Position numbers and translations under genes: made by a program
Source of the DNA: Psammoneis japonica
Lineage: Eukaryota
Direction of reading: 5' to 3'
NCBI GenBank assembly: GCA_008632985.1
Contig: QPGO01000021.1
Span: 1 to 64,000 of the forward strand
DNA length: 64,000 nucleotides
Notes under the pieces: model-generated
Seen by the model: the letters and a program-made list of their open reading frames with translations, nothing else
Told to the model about the DNA's origin: nothing
Database searches by the model: none
Shown: one piece after another, positions 37,150-51,118 of the stretch
How the letters are laid out: every line of letters begins with the position of its first letter
Numbering within the stretch: position 1 is the stretch's first letter

Positions 37150-40100
37150 ATGGGCGGTGTTTGTTCTGGTCCCGTGGGCTTCGAAATCACGGAGAGAGAA
37201 AGGAAACAATGCACTGTTTTGGAAACAGCACGAGGAGTGAAGCCTCTCTTGGAACTAGCCAAGCTCGGGGTTCCGTTTCGGGCCGCGGAGGTAGTCGTTT
37301 ATGTCCGACCAGCTTCCAAAAAATTCGCGGGAGATCCAACAGCAGTCACTCCAGACCAGCTGAAACGAATCTTGCGAGCCCTTTTCCTTACACCGGGGAC
37401 AGTGCAGCTCATGTCGCGAAGAGGCTTTGCCAGGTATCCCAGCTGCCGCTATGCGCTCCGCAAGCTTAGGCTGGTTGCTTACGATGAGACTCGCGACTTG
37501 ATGATTTTGGCTGCTGGACCAGTGGGACAAAGCGTGCCCCCACATATCACCATGTATCAAACACCGTTTCCTTCTCGTTTCCTTTATCCTTTGGCTCAAG
37601 CTTTAGCGGATGCATTTGTTGGAGTGCCGCCATGGGCCGTTCCAGTCCAAATCAAGCCTGGAAGTCTGGCTTTGCCTGCTTCGACCGCGGCTTCGCAGGA
37701 ACAAGCGCTTGGAAAGGACGGAGGATTTAGCTCTTGCTTCGCAGCACATACTGTGGCCACTGTCATCTTGCAGTCTCCAAAACCAGAACGAAAGCTTTCT
37801 TCTCGAAAGGCACTGAATGTTCGCCAGATCATCTCGAGCCTAGTCGCTAACCAGCAACCTCAGAACTTGCCGTGGTCTAAGGGACACTCGTACGTTCTCG
37901 ACGTAGGTGCTTTGGTGACTGGGTTGTTGGCTCAAATCAGGCCTATATCGAAAATAGCGCTTTGTGATTCTCTGATTCTTGGTGCGTTGGACTGTCTTGC
38001 TTTCAACCTCGAGTTCCGAAAGCTGAGAATGCACAATTTGAAGCTGGATTTCCAGGTGAATCTTGCTAGAATATTTCTCTACAATGTCACTCTGAGAGAC
38101 ATTGACCTTGCTGGCACCAGTCTTCATGGTATGGGCCGAGATTTGGGACGGGCTTTGTCAATGAATATTCAACCACTCGTGTCAAACCTTGATCTCTCTG
38201 GATGTAAGCTCGGTGATGTGGACTGGAATGGACTGGTCGTAGGTTTAGCTCGCCTTTGGTGTGGCGGTTCAGCAACTTTGCAAGCGCTATCTGTTGCGAA
38301 CAACAAGGATGTTAAAGCTTTATCTTGGGGTGCTTTCTGGGATCTCTTGGTGGACCCGTCGACGTTCGAGATGTGGCCAAGCTCTCACCGCCGCCACCCA
38401 ACCTTTGCTTTCTTCAGCACCTGGATGTCACCGAAACGACAGCCGCAGGATTCAGTTTGGCTCGACTCATTAGAAAGCTGGAGGGTCTGCGCTCCTTACG
38501 CCTTGGTGGCGGTACCTCAAAGTTTGAAGATGTGGACATTGTCTTGCAGGCCGTTGCTAAGTCGGATGCACCCTTGGAAACATTCTATGGAAAATGCTTA
38601 CAGCTCACAACGAGCAAAAATGCTCTTGCAGATGCACTCCACCACCACAGTGGTACTCTGAAACAGGTGGAGCTCGAAGATTTCTCCGGAAATGCATTAC
38701 GATTGATCTGCTTGTGGCCCTCACGTGTTCCGAAGGTTTCTTTGGAATTCAAAGGCGATCTCAAAAAGGCCCAGGCCTGTTCGACCTCAATGACGAGTTT
38801 ATCACATGATCATTTCTCTCCAGGTACAATCATCTTGCGCGGTAAAAATCATCGGAGCTTCGTTCGAGATGTGCTGTCAACACTTGCTTCTCGAGCGACC
38901 GGGTTGATATCTTTGTATATTCACGGCGTGCGTTATGCAGATATCGCCCGTGAGGGCTCGGAAACTCAGCTAGCCACGTGTGGGCTAAAGGTTCTACATG
39001 TTACGTGGCCTCCTTCCGAACGAAAGGATCATGGTCGCAGTCGTCGAGGCTCGTCGTGTGATTGGAAGTTACGTCAGCAATTTTGGTCAGTTCTTGCGCT
39101 TTCAAAGACGCTGGAAGAGATCTGGCTCCCGAATCAACTGGAGGATTGCACTTGTGAGAATCACGAGGACGAAGTTGCCATGATTGGTAGATTTCTAAAG
39201 ACGAACCGTTCTGTCCGGCGCATCAATTTTGACAGCGATGCCCTCACATTAAATGTCGAATCTGTAAAGATTTTGCGATCCGCTTTTTACGGCAACAAGA
39301 AAGTTGTTTCTATGGTATATCCAGTTGAGGCCAAGGCGCGCACAATGGCGAAGGCTAGACAGACTACTCTAGTCTGTACTCGTGAAGTTGCTGATGCAAA
39401 GAGGAGCATCAAACAGATCTTTAAAAGTCATTACGACAAATACGACCGCAACTGGAGAGCCAAGCCCAATCGGTACGTTTGTAAAGGCGTCGAAACAGAT
39501 GTCGAGAATGCTTTCGTGCTCTCGCTGACTCTTCCATGTCGCATTTTTGTCCCCGTCTAGGTTGAAGGTGCCCCATGTGGAAAGGATCAGGACCGCAAAG
39601 CGAAAGATTGGGAAGACGAATCGAGACGCTACTAAAATTGGAGGGCTTCTGCAACAAGTAAAAGTCTGTGTTCAGAAGAATAACGATCCGTTCCGTCTGT
39701 CGCTTTTCGAGAAGAAACAGTCCAAACTTGCGCGTCGTGAGACACAATTAACTAAAATGGCTGTGAAGCAAAACCAGGTGATGGGAAAGCTAGTTACAAG
39801 GCTCCACCGCGCCAAAATTCGTGGAAGAAAGAAAAGATCTGGCAAGGAGCACGTGCCTCGGAGTTACTATTACAAAGACAGGCATAATTGGCCCGGGAGA
39901 AGGTTCGAAAGGGCTGAAAGCTCTCACTACCGGCGTTGGAACGACCCATACAATGCCCGCTTTACGTATGCTTGGCTTTGGTATCATGACCGCGACCGGG
40001 AGGGTGAGCAGTTTCCAACCCAGGCAACTCCAGAAATCGAGGTTTCAGAAGAGGGCGATGAGCCCGAGATTTTTGTTTGTGGGGATGAAGAACCCGCAGA

Positions 40101-42003
40101 GGACGTCCCCGTCGGTGCTGCGTGGCCTCCTTACGTGATCGATATTGAGGATATTGATCTCGCATGTTCACCAAACCTGGTGGAAAGCCGAGATCCAGGT
40201 ATCTTCCCAGACTTATCGTCCACAGTGGACGACCCCTGGGCCCCTATTGATGAATTAGTCACTGCCAATGATCCCTCTTCCGACAAACTTTTCTCTGATG
40301 CATACCTTTCACAGCTTCACATGGAGGCTGCAGAGCTAGGCCTTGATGTTCTGGCTGACGTGCAGCCCATTCTAGATGTAGCTGCATCACTGAACGACAA
40401 AGTCGACGATATCGCAATCACTTTGGGGGTCGATCCATCTGATGTTGTTGCGTCGGTGCCGGTCCAGAGTTTTGATGCCACTGAGCTACTAAGTGTACTT
40501 CCGGAAGTCGGGGCCTATGACCTTGAAGAGGCTGACGATGCTGTCGAGATGTATGCTGGAGCAGGACCAAGGGATCTGGACGACGGTGGTCCATTTTTTG
40601 GTGATGGTAGCATTGCGGTTGAAGCAGGCGCCCGACGTCGGGCTAGAACTAGAAAGAACAACCGAGTGCAACGTCGGGTTCGATTATCTGCCTGTAGACG
40701 ACAGCGAGGATACAGGAGCTTGTCATTGACGCCAAACATCTTTGTTGAAGATTGCGCGAGTAGCGAATCAGAGGCGCCGTTTAGGCCTTGGCCAGACAAC
40801 ATCAGCGGTAGCTGGAAGGATGATGTTACAGCTGCTCAAATTGAAATAATCTCGCAGAGTGATGTATTGTCACTTCCTGAGATCTCATCACCGGTACAGG
40901 TCCTAGAGTGGTCACATATGCACAATGTAGCGGATGAAGCACAATCACAAATCGACGTTGCTCTTGTCACTCAGTGCAGTGTTGACAGACTCGATAATCT
41001 GCGCGATCAGCTGGCCGCGTGGAATGGAAAGGCGTCAGTGGCGGTTTACGTGAAGAATTCTGAGTTGTCTTCAAAGATTGATGCTAAGCTCTTGTCACTT
41101 GTCAACGAAGCTCAGCAGCGTGCGCTTCAGTTGGGCAGTGATTCATCAGGATGGGACGTGGCTTTGTCCATTGTAGAGGCACACGGCGAAGATGAGCCGT
41201 ACCCGATCAATTACTTGCGAAATGTCGCACTTCTGCAGGCTCGCAGTCTGTTTGTGTCGAAGGGATACGTCTTGGAAAAGACCGCGGTGCTACTCGTGGA
41301 CGTCGATTTTCGTCCAAGTTGGAACCTTCATGAAGCTTTGCACTGCGATACTGCTGCCGACGAAATCCTGCAGAAGCGCAGAGTCGTGGTTTGTCCCGCT
41401 TTTGAGGATTCAACTAGCGATAACTTGCCTCGAAACATTCCTGAATTGCGAGAAGATCTTGACAATGGCTCAGCAAGCGGTTTCCACCTCTCGAAGTTTC
41501 CCCAAGGCCACAGCCCGACAGATTTCGAGGCGTTCTGGTCGGCTTCGTCATTGCAGGCGCCGTCAACACAAGAGTTGTGGAGCAGACTCTATCCGGTGTC
41601 GTACCAGAAGCTCTTCGAGCCATACGTCGTTGTGCGGACCCCTGACGTGCCACTGTATGATGAGCGTTTTCAAGGATACGGATTGAATAAGGTGTCGCAC
41701 TTGGCTGCGATTGCCAGACAGAAGTGCAATGAGTTGTTCGTGTTGCCGGGGGTCTTTCTAGTTGCACCGTGCCACGAGCGGTCTCAATCATGGGCAAGCA
41801 TTTACGGTTCTGCTTCGGATGAAGCAAATTTCAACAAGCTGTATCTCAAGGGACTGTACCACAGTTTTTCGATCCGGTTGAGTGAAGGTAAAGCTCCCGT
41901 TGTGTCGTCGGCCACCAAGATCTGGCATGAGCAGCTACTGGAGGCAGCAGCTACAAAACCCATTTCTTCGGTAGCTTTTGAAACTCAACAATATTTGTCA
42001 TAG
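37150..42003 (+). CDS. Large protein: N-terminal MG..C motif, RNI-like leucine-rich repeats, C-terminal GT49 (LARGE/B4GAT1-like) glycosyltransferase domain
   Basis: LRRs (LRDIDLAGTSL, VSNLDLSGCKL, LQALSVANN). One frame break near 38390. GT-AG intron 39473-39560 joins in frame. GT49 motifs LVTQCSVDRL, YPINYLRNVA, LVDVDF, PAFE, GHSPTDF, FEPYVV and DERFQGYGLNK. Confidence 0.75.
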
Positions 42004-42099
42004 ATAGAATTGTGTTCAATGGCGAAAGGTTTATAATAATTCATATGCATTTTGATTTTATGATCTTAGGATGATTCGTTGCTCTTTGTCGCCAACTCG

Positions 42100-44570
42100 T
42101 CACTTCTCCCAACAAAAGCCCTCTAAGACCACCAGTAAATCATCACCATGAATACCGTCACTGTCGCACGAATGCTCAGAATGAAACCGGAAGACGATCT
42201 GTGGGCGGACATGGAATTCGAAGTGCGAGACGTTGTCCACAAATTCAAACAGCTCTTGCCGCGAAGGAAGAAGACGCGGGTTGGCAACGATTTCGTGAAA
42301 ATCCTTCAGAAAAGAATCCTTCATGCATGTGGTAAACCATTCAGGAGCACTCTCCTCGTAGAGTGGAGGAGCCATTGCGGTCATTAAGAGAAGTGGACTC
42401 ACATCAATGCCGCAAAAGCCACGGTCAATCACAAGTTGTGCAGCATTGAATCCCACTTCGTCTGAGCCACAAACGCCAAGTCGCCACTTCCGTGACGGCC
42501 ACGGAGACCGTTTGTCTCTGTGCTGACCTGTGCATCATGCACGGTTGCAGCTTTTAGGTTGTCCGTACAAAGTAGAAGAACTCACATGCGTGCAGTCACA
42601 ACGTGCCCGAATTCTTCTACGCGTTGTCTTTCAGAAGTCATCGTTGTCGTCATCTTCCCTGGTCATCCTCCTCAGAGCCTTTGGTGTGAAAGAGCTCCAC
42701 ATGCACGGGCCACAGCATCACTGAGAGAAAGCGTGGGCGTGAGAGGACGATGCGAGCATTGAGACAACCGTCACCGATCATTGCCAGTCATGGGGCCAAC
42801 GAGTGGCAGTCACTGAGAGTGCTGTTGCCAAATGCGGTGGCAGCAGCTTCTTGATCTAGAGACAAGCAAATGGCTTTCCAGAGTGCTGGATTGGTTGTCC
42901 ACACCTTCGAAACAGATGAGGAGGATGACAAATCATTGCAGGCAGGAGAGACACCAGGAAAACACATGCCATGAGATGTGCTCAAATGTGTTCTTCCCCC
43001 AGCAAAAAGCCCCTCCAATGCTGCCAACAACTTGTCACCATTGACAGGTCCAAAGCACAAATGAGCACAAGCATTTCCAAAGAAAAAAGTGATTTGAGGA
43101 CCTGGAACTCCAACTCCGAGACATGGGCCACAAATTCCATCAGTTCTTGCCATGTAAAGAAAAGTGCTCAAACCCAATTTTTAAGTGCTGTTGCACCTTT
43201 GCCCAGCAACACCGGCACCGACAAACCCACACTTCCAGTGCAATCAACTGGGAGCATGACACAGAAGCTCATGAAATTAGCCGGTCGTGGCACCACTTTG
43301 CAGCAACGCCCTCCGGAGACAACTGGTTGTGAAATGAAACCACACAAGAATTGGGCCATTGCTTTCTTTTGGAATGAATGCAAAGTGTTCACACAACAAC
43401 AGCAAAGAACAATTGTGTTCAGAAGAAGATGCAAAAGCACCTCAAGATCTGGGAGAAGAACCTTGCTTGTCTGCACCAAAGAGGGACTGGATCACACACT
43501 TGCAGGCACGGGAACAAAAGCAAACAGTTTGCTGCATGGAGCAGCAATCTTGGCAAGCTGGCAAATGGAAGAAGGGATGTTCAGGACTTGCAAGTGTACA
43601 TTGGGGAGCCTTGATGATGTCACAATGCTGAGTCTTGCATGGAAATGCCAATCCGCCATGCATCAGATGGACGATGTCAGGTGATGCCAATGGTTCATCC
43701 AAGTGAACACTCACAAGAACCATGACATGCACAAAACTTTCACTGAATGAAGTGTGAAGAACTCAGTTGGCCAATGAGAGCAGAAGAAATCATTGGGAAC
43801 TGATGGCTGTGGATGGAAGTGGTGCACATGTTGACAAAGTGGTTGTTGGAGCACATTTCTGAAGCACACAGAATTTGTGCTGGATCCTGTGTAGAAAATG
43901 CTCTGAATTTGCAAAAAATTGCCAAAAAGATCAACAAGCATGTGTGAGCCACAAGGTTTTGATGCCGGTCATTTTCCACTCAAAAGCATTAAAAAGGGCA
44001 ACAGCATCAGCATGAGAGCATGTGCAGAAACACATGTGGGGGCTGCCAGTGGGGGCTGACATCAAGGAAGTCTTGTTGTGTGAGAAGTGGCAGACATCTG
44101 ACAAGACAGCCAACATCTCACAAAAAAGTCCTTCATGCATGTGGCAAACCACGGAGGAAGATTCTCCCCCATGATGACAAGGGGTTGTCAGAGTCATGAG
44201 GAGAAGAGGACTCACTGCAACTCTGGTGCAGCCAAGCTCAAGTGAAAGTCCAGTGGCATTGTGCCCCACTTTGCCACAGCCAATCACCAAGAAGTCTCTA
44301 CTTGCATCACAGCTGTGGCCACACATGTTGCATTCTGGGGCAATGCAAGCATCACACACGTTCACAAAATCCAGTGGATTGCCTTTTTGGCGGAATTGCA
44401 CTTGCATGCATGCATTGGCAAAGAATTCTTTTGTCACATGTCTCGCTGGTGTCAGATGTGCATTGCATCCAAACTGAAGGTCATCATCACTGTCACCATC
44501 ATTTTTGTCATCAAGTCCAAGGTCTGGAGGAACACTTGCCCAAACATTCAGGGCTTTGGGGGGTTTCATC
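42100..44570 (-). pseudogene. Three degraded paralogous fragments of an unknown protein family
   Basis: GFNAAQL..VSPLLLMT (about 42390-42456) matches GHNATGL..VSPLLLMT (about 44195-44270). PQIVF..GDDLLVVLEG (42100-42210) matches PQITF..GDKLLAALEG (42990-43100). DNA ccttcatgcatgtgg-y-aaacca is shared. Confidence 0.6.
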
Positions 44571-47500
44571 AAGAGAGAAGTGCCGCATCACTTGTCTGGG
44601 TTCATCCTCAGTGATGCCATTGATGTTGCAATGCACGCAGAGCTCAACACTAGCCACAAAATCACTGTGACAAAGTGCTGGCATGAGTGGATGGCAAGCC
44701 AACAGCATTTTAGGTTGTTGATCCTCAGTGCAAGAAATGGAGTTGATTTGGCAAGACAAATGAGGCACATGGCAGACAAATGTGGGAAAGACCAAAAAAA
44801 ATGTGTCCAGAGATTGGGCTGTCATGCATGACAGCCTCTTAGCCTTTGAACAGGTTCACAATGGACGGGCCCCAACATGGCTGGAAATGATGATGCTGAG
44901 GAGACACGATCATGGTGCCTCCACTGACAGCAGTCTCTTTGGCTTTGAACAGAGCCTCACATTTTCTGCTGCTGCTGCTGCTGCTGCTGCTGCCTGCTGC
45001 CACTCTACAATGGACTGACTGTTGCTCACTCATGCTTTCTGTTTCTTGTGCTTTTTTGAATTCAAGGACCCAGAAACTTGTGTCATGTGACATCACACAC
45101 AAACGCTTGTGCAAATCAAATCTTCAGCAAGCAAAAAAAAACTCAAGTGACAGTTCTCATCATTGTTGATGCTTTCTGCCATGTTGCCAACTTTTTACCA
45201 TCTCAAAACCCCAGAGCAAACTCCTCTTTTGCCATGACAGTCTACATCCCAAATCAACTCTTCATCATTCATTGCATCCCCCTGTTGTGCAACATGACTT
45301 CTCTCACATGGAAGGAGAGATGAATGGACTGCCTTTGACACCATGTTTTTCCTCAGAGTGTTCTGTGTCTTGCATCCCATTGTTGCCTCAAGGGATGTGT
45401 GCAAAGTTTGATTTGTGGATCACAAGATGATTGACAAGCTCGCTGGAAACATCAATGCACGTCTTTCAAAGACATTTGAAAGACAAAAACATTGAAGACA
45501 AATCAGCGGTGGTTGTGAATGATGCTGTTGCCACAGCATTGGCTTCTGTTGGCTGGTGGGTGTCAGAAGATTGAGACATCTTCCCAACAAGGCATTTGAG
45601 TCATCCTTGGAACTGGCAACAACTTGGATTGTGTGGAGGGAACACAGATGCACAACATCAAGACTGGTGGTTTCAAAAATCTCAAGTGCAATGAGATCAA
45701 CAAAAGTGGCATTGACATTGAAAGCCACAATGAAAGCAAAACTTTTACAAAAAGGCAGTCACTGAAGAGTGCCTTGGTCTGCTCACATTGAGGCAATTAA
45801 AAAAGAGCCCTGACTGAAAGAAACACAAAGAAATCCTTCAGAGAATGCAAGGAGGAGCAAGGTTGGACAAGATGTGGGAGCTTCTCAAGACCATGGATGC
45901 ACCTGAGTCCTTCAAAAAGATCTTTGAAAAGGTGATTGATTGTGCAGCTAAGCTGCACCAGTTGCATTGTTTGTTGCTGCAGCCATTGCAAGGACTGGCA
46001 AAGGATTGCAGAACAGAAACCAGCCAACCAGGTCTGTGTCAGCACAATCGGTCAGCGCAACAAGATGGTGCAGGAAAAAGTGGAGTCTTGTCTCAGAGAG
46101 GTTGTCAGTGAAGGCATTCATTGTCATTGCATTTGTGTTGAGAGTGCCTTTGCTGTTGGTGCAGCCATCACAGAATCTTGGCTTCCAATGAAGAGGAGCA
46201 GATGTTGGAGTGGATGGAACTCTCTTCTGGCACCAATGAACAGAGAAGCCAGACATTGTGCTGCATGGCTTGGACATTCTGTGCACATCCATCAATCCTG
46301 TGAAAAGTCTTCACCTGGTGTTTTTAAAGCATGCATGCTCCCACTGTGCAACACAACTGGCTGGCTCTAGCTGGAGAGAGAGAGAGAGACTGCAGCACTG
46401 CAGTTACGTGAGACAGACAGATGGTGTCAGCGCATTTGAAGCACTGTTGCCCATGTCACATTGCATCATCATCCTTCATCATTGCAATCTGTCCACTGTC
46501 CATTGCCATTCTAAATTTGCCAGTTTTGCCAGTTTTGCCAGTTTTTTGTTGACAAACCATGAAAAGCTCAACAGCTTGCAATGGTGTTGGCAAAATTGAT
46601 CCCAGCCCCTCCAAAAGGATGACATGCAACCAAAGCTTGCCTTTGCAAGCCAGCTGTCCCAGGGACAATGCAAACTGTTTTAAGATGTGGCATCCTCCCA
46701 ATCCTCTCCTGTCAATGCACACATTTCATTTGTGCCACACAAAGTGTGCAAAGCACCGAGGACAGCCAGCAACAAGAAGTGGCAATTCTTGAAAGCTCCC
46801 TTTTGCTTTTGAACAACAGAACATGGAATGGCCAGACTCAGCACATGGCATTGCTGTGTCATTGGCACCATGCAGCAGAGTGCTGGTTGCTTTTGAGAAA
46901 TGCCCATGTCCTCAATGTCATGCTGTGATCACTGCAGGATCAAGCAGAGCTCAAGTTGTCTTGTCCTGTGGTGTGGCTGTTCTCACCACAACTCAGGAAC
47001 AGCAGCAAGTGACTGTGATTTGTTTGATGGTGTTTTTCCATGACATTTTCACAGCTCTTGCAGGAGCATTTGTGCAGTGCTGAGCACAGTGCCATGAAGT
47101 GTTTGCTGCCATGTGATTGCAACATCTGTCTTGTCAAAGATTTACATTTTGCCACTTGGGATGTCTTTGCAAGTCATGCAAGTCACAACTCCTCTTCAAT
47201 CCAGCAGGAGTTGACCCACATGTGCTTGCAGAGGAGCTGAAGGCTCCAGTGGCTCAACTCAGCAGTGCTTGGATTCCATTCTCTGGGCAAAGCAATTTGA
47301 CACAGCAATCTGCAGCTTTGTTGTTTGTGCCATGCCAATGACCCTTGCATGCTCATGGATGAATCACTCTCAAGGATGCAGACTCAAGGTGCTGCAACAG
47401 CTGCACATGGGCAAACATGCACAAAAAGACATGTGCACATGGGGCATCATCAGATGGCTTTTGTGCTCCCTCTGTGATTGAAGCTTCAAAGAACTCATGA

Positions 47501-50500
47501 GAAGCAAGTTAAATGAGCACATTGCAGCTGAAAAGAAAATTGAAACAGCTGTCTTCCTCAGCTGTCTAAAGCTCTGTTGCCAACACACATGACTGGAGCA
47601 AATTTTGGCCATTGCCCATGTGTCTTGGCGGTCTGACCCAGACTTCACCCACCAACAAAGCAACAAAAAATGGTTTTTGTTTTCAAATCACAGCAGGTTT
47701 CTGGGCAGAGAGTCCCCAGCTCCAGCAACATGTTTGGAAAACAACTGCCTGGCTGCAACAAGGTTGAGCCACTGCAAACAAGTTTGCAGATTGTGCTGGC
47801 ACCCCAACAAAGACTGGACAGCCACACACTTGCACTGCACAAGGGGGGGGCGGGGGTGCTCACATTGATGTGCATGAATGGTTGCCATGCCCAGCCCCAG
47901 TGCCATTCAGTTGAATTTTTTAATCTACAAGGACTCTCTCTGCCCACAAGTTTCCTGGGGAGGACTCAAAATGAGGCAAATGAGGCATGTGCCCTTGTCA
48001 AAGCCACTCACAGCTTGAGCATCACCAAATTCATTGGGAGGGGTGGGGGCACAACACAAGTGACCATGTGCACAACAGCATCATTTCATCAGCTTTTGCT
48101 GCAGTCACAGGCAGCAACCAGCTCCTCTAGCGCTTCTTGGCGTGTGGGCTTTTGGGCACTTGGAATGGCTCTTGCACTTGTTCTCAGCATGTGCAGGCTT
48201 TCAGGCACTTGGGATGAGAGATGAAGCCCCACACCACAAAAAACAGGGCTGAGTCTTTGCTTGTGCACACTTCTCAGCACTTGCAACTTGGAAAAATGTG
48301 CACACCACTCACCAAGAACTTTGAAAGCAGCTTTAAGCAAAGCAGCCAAGGTGAGAGCACATGGCATTTCTCTTGTTTCTCATTGCAAAGAGAAGGAGCT
48401 CTCCATTTTTGTTTGATGTTGTGCTTCCCTCTTGTGGAAGCACACCAGCATGCTGTCATGCAGAGTGCAGCATTTGCTGGAGTGTGGTGGCTCTGGTCTC
48501 CTCCCTCATGCATCATTGTCTCTCCACCTGCATTGATGTGCTGCTGTTTACTTTTTGGCTGTGGGCTTCAGACTTGGCCACCTCAAGCAGTTTGATGCAG
48601 CAAAATGGCCCATCTGCCAACCATTGGAGTCACCAGCCATTTTAAAATTTGAGCGCAGGTGCGCAAGACCAGAGCAACAGCCACTTTGTTGCTCTCTCAC
48701 TCACTTGCTCTTCTGACTCTTCCAAAGAGCAACCAACAGCAGCAGCTGCAACAGACAAAATGATTTTAATGCGGTTGTCTCAGTGCAGTGCACTGCCCAC
48801 TGTTGTTTGTTGTTTGCAGGAAGAAAGCACAGAGTGCCAACCAACAGGGCATTCTTGGTGGTGGCTGCCATGCAAGCAGCTCAACAATCCTGTGATGGCT
48901 CTTTTGCCCCATGCGCCCAGCTGTGCCAGGCAAAAATCACCTGGTCATGCAGCAGGGGTCAATGTTTCAGCACTGCACACAGGTTGAGATCCAACGCTGG
49001 TTCCTGTCCCAATCCACTGCTCATCAAGAGGTCCCGTTCACTGCCTCAATGCTTCATGGGGCAGAAAAGGGCATGATGTTGTGGTGTTTGATCTCAACTG
49101 CCACAGCAACAACTTGTGCCATTAAATCTTGCAGTCACAAGTTGCCATGATGCAGCGGGACATGGCACAGGTGGCGTGCTCATCCTTGCTGATGCAACTG
49201 TGCAGCGCTGGCTGCCACCACCTTGCAGTTGACAGTGTGATGCAGGTCCCACAGCATGGTGCCTGTCACTTCCCAAATGTGTGCTGGTGGTGTGCATTGC
49301 TGCATGCTCTAACCCATGGGGCCCAACTGCCAACATGGAGCTGGAAGAACTTGCCAACAGAATCATGCAGTTGCACGGCACAGCCAAATGCTTTGACCAC
49401 ATCTGTGAGAGCACCAATCTCTTGCATGCCAACAACTCTGGTGCAATGTGCTGGCAACAAAAAGGGGCCACTGTCACCACAAAACCCACCTCCAAGTTGT
49501 TGCTGTGCTGTCAAGCTTTTCACCAACATTGCCACCAATGCATCGGCCTCCATGTCTGCTGGCCAGGATGCCTCAACTCTGCTGCTCAGTTTAGTTTCGC
49601 TGCAGGATTCCCAAAATTCTCTGGGATTGCCACCTTTCACCATGTTTGAATGATGCTTTGTCAAACATGTGCCCAATGCTTGAAGAAAAAAATCACACAT
49701 TGGGAGTTCCCCATGCTTCCCCTGCATGATGTGACACGTGCACCACAGATGTTGCAGCAGTCCAGAGCTGCAGCAGAGCCAATCAGCTGTCAGACACCAC
49801 ACACCACACAACACATCATCAAACACTGCTGCTTCAACAGTTTGGAGAGCCATTCACTGACAATGACAGCTGCTGCAAGGATTCTCTGCAGCACTGCAGC
49901 ATCTTTTCACTGCCATGTTCATGCCACCGGATTGTTTTCTGATGTCACACAGATTGGTGCTGCATGTTTCTCATTGCAACACAAATGGCAGCCATGCCTT
50001 TTGCTCAGTCAACACCCATCACATTGTCAACACACAAATCAACTCTTGCAGCAGCTGCCTCTTCAACAGCTGTGCCGTTCATTGCCACTTTCATGTGCAG
50101 CACATGATCTTTTTGTTGTCAAGTTGGTGACGCATCTTTCTTTTTTTAATGCCACAAATCTGGCGTTTTTTTTTGTTGAGATTTAAGATTGCATCTTTTT
50201 GTTCATGCACTCACCCATGTCTTGTGCATGACCCTCATCTTTGTCACTCACATTTCAGGGTTTCACTTTTCTCACAAAATTCATTTTGGCAAATGAGTGA
50301 TGAAGAGCAACAGGATGATGCTCGTGTGAGTGTTGCGGCTGTCATTGCAGATGCATGAGGAGCTCCCAGCAATCACAAGCATCTGGGATGGCAAAATTGC
50401 ACCCAAGAATGCAGCTGGCTGGATGTGTGGTTTGTGCAAGCAGTCATGCAGCAGAGCAGCTAAGTGGGTCAATCTGTTCTGGTGTGCAACAGTGCAGCAG

Positions 50501-51118
50501 CAACAGTGCGCAGCAAGCTCCAAATCTTGATTGTCGCATGACAGCAAGATGGAAATTTTCTAGATTGCATTCATCAACTCTGCTGGAGACAAGAGCACAC
50601 CCACCCAAACCACGTTCATCCAGAATTGCCGCAATCCACTCGTTTTTTATTCCCCTCTCCTGAGCCCTTTCAGTTTTTCCTTTTTGCAAAAAATTGCCCT
50701 CATTTCCTGGGCATTTCCCAAAAGGGTTGAGGCAACTCCCCCCCTGCCCTTGCCATTTTGGGGAATCCCCAAATGGGTGAAACCAAACTGAGCTCTTCTG
50801 CTGATGATGCACCCCGCCTCCAATCTTTGTTTGCACTTCCTGAGAGTTTTTGCAAGAGCGCTTTTGCCGTTGTCGCCTGAACAGAAATTCTCTCCTGGTG
50901 CCTCTGGACACCACTGCCTGAGCTGACCTCTTCCTTTGTGAGGACCTCAATGCTGCTCAGCATGCCGTGGCACATTGCATTGCGTCACTGACTCACAAGC
51001 CTCCACTGGCAACAAATGCCCGCTGGCTGCAGGAGAACGAATGAGAAGGGCGTTGCGCACACAGCAGTGCACGCATTCTCAATGTTGTGTTCGCAGCCGG
51101 CCCCCGTGCGTTGAATGA
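42780..51118. other. Long TpA/CpG-depleted degenerate repeat block
   Basis: About 8 kb with very few TA or CG and dense spurious Cys/His/Gln-rich ORFs. Confidence 0.75.
48578..49586 (+). mobile_element. Heavily decayed relic of the same tyrosine-recombinase retrotransposon family
   Basis: 48578-48780 resembles repeat A (aaatttga..gagcaa..cttcc-r-aagagcaac). 49140-49586 encodes CHDAAGHG.GGV, NP.GP..N.ELE and NSGAMCWQQKGAT..KP.S.LL, homologous to the RNase H at about 53010-53460. Confidence 0.8.

Noticed and set aside
38375..38400. Frame break in the LRR-GT49 gene as a gene boundary
   Set aside because: Adding one C in cac-cg restores continuous LRR sequence; probably a homopolymer error.
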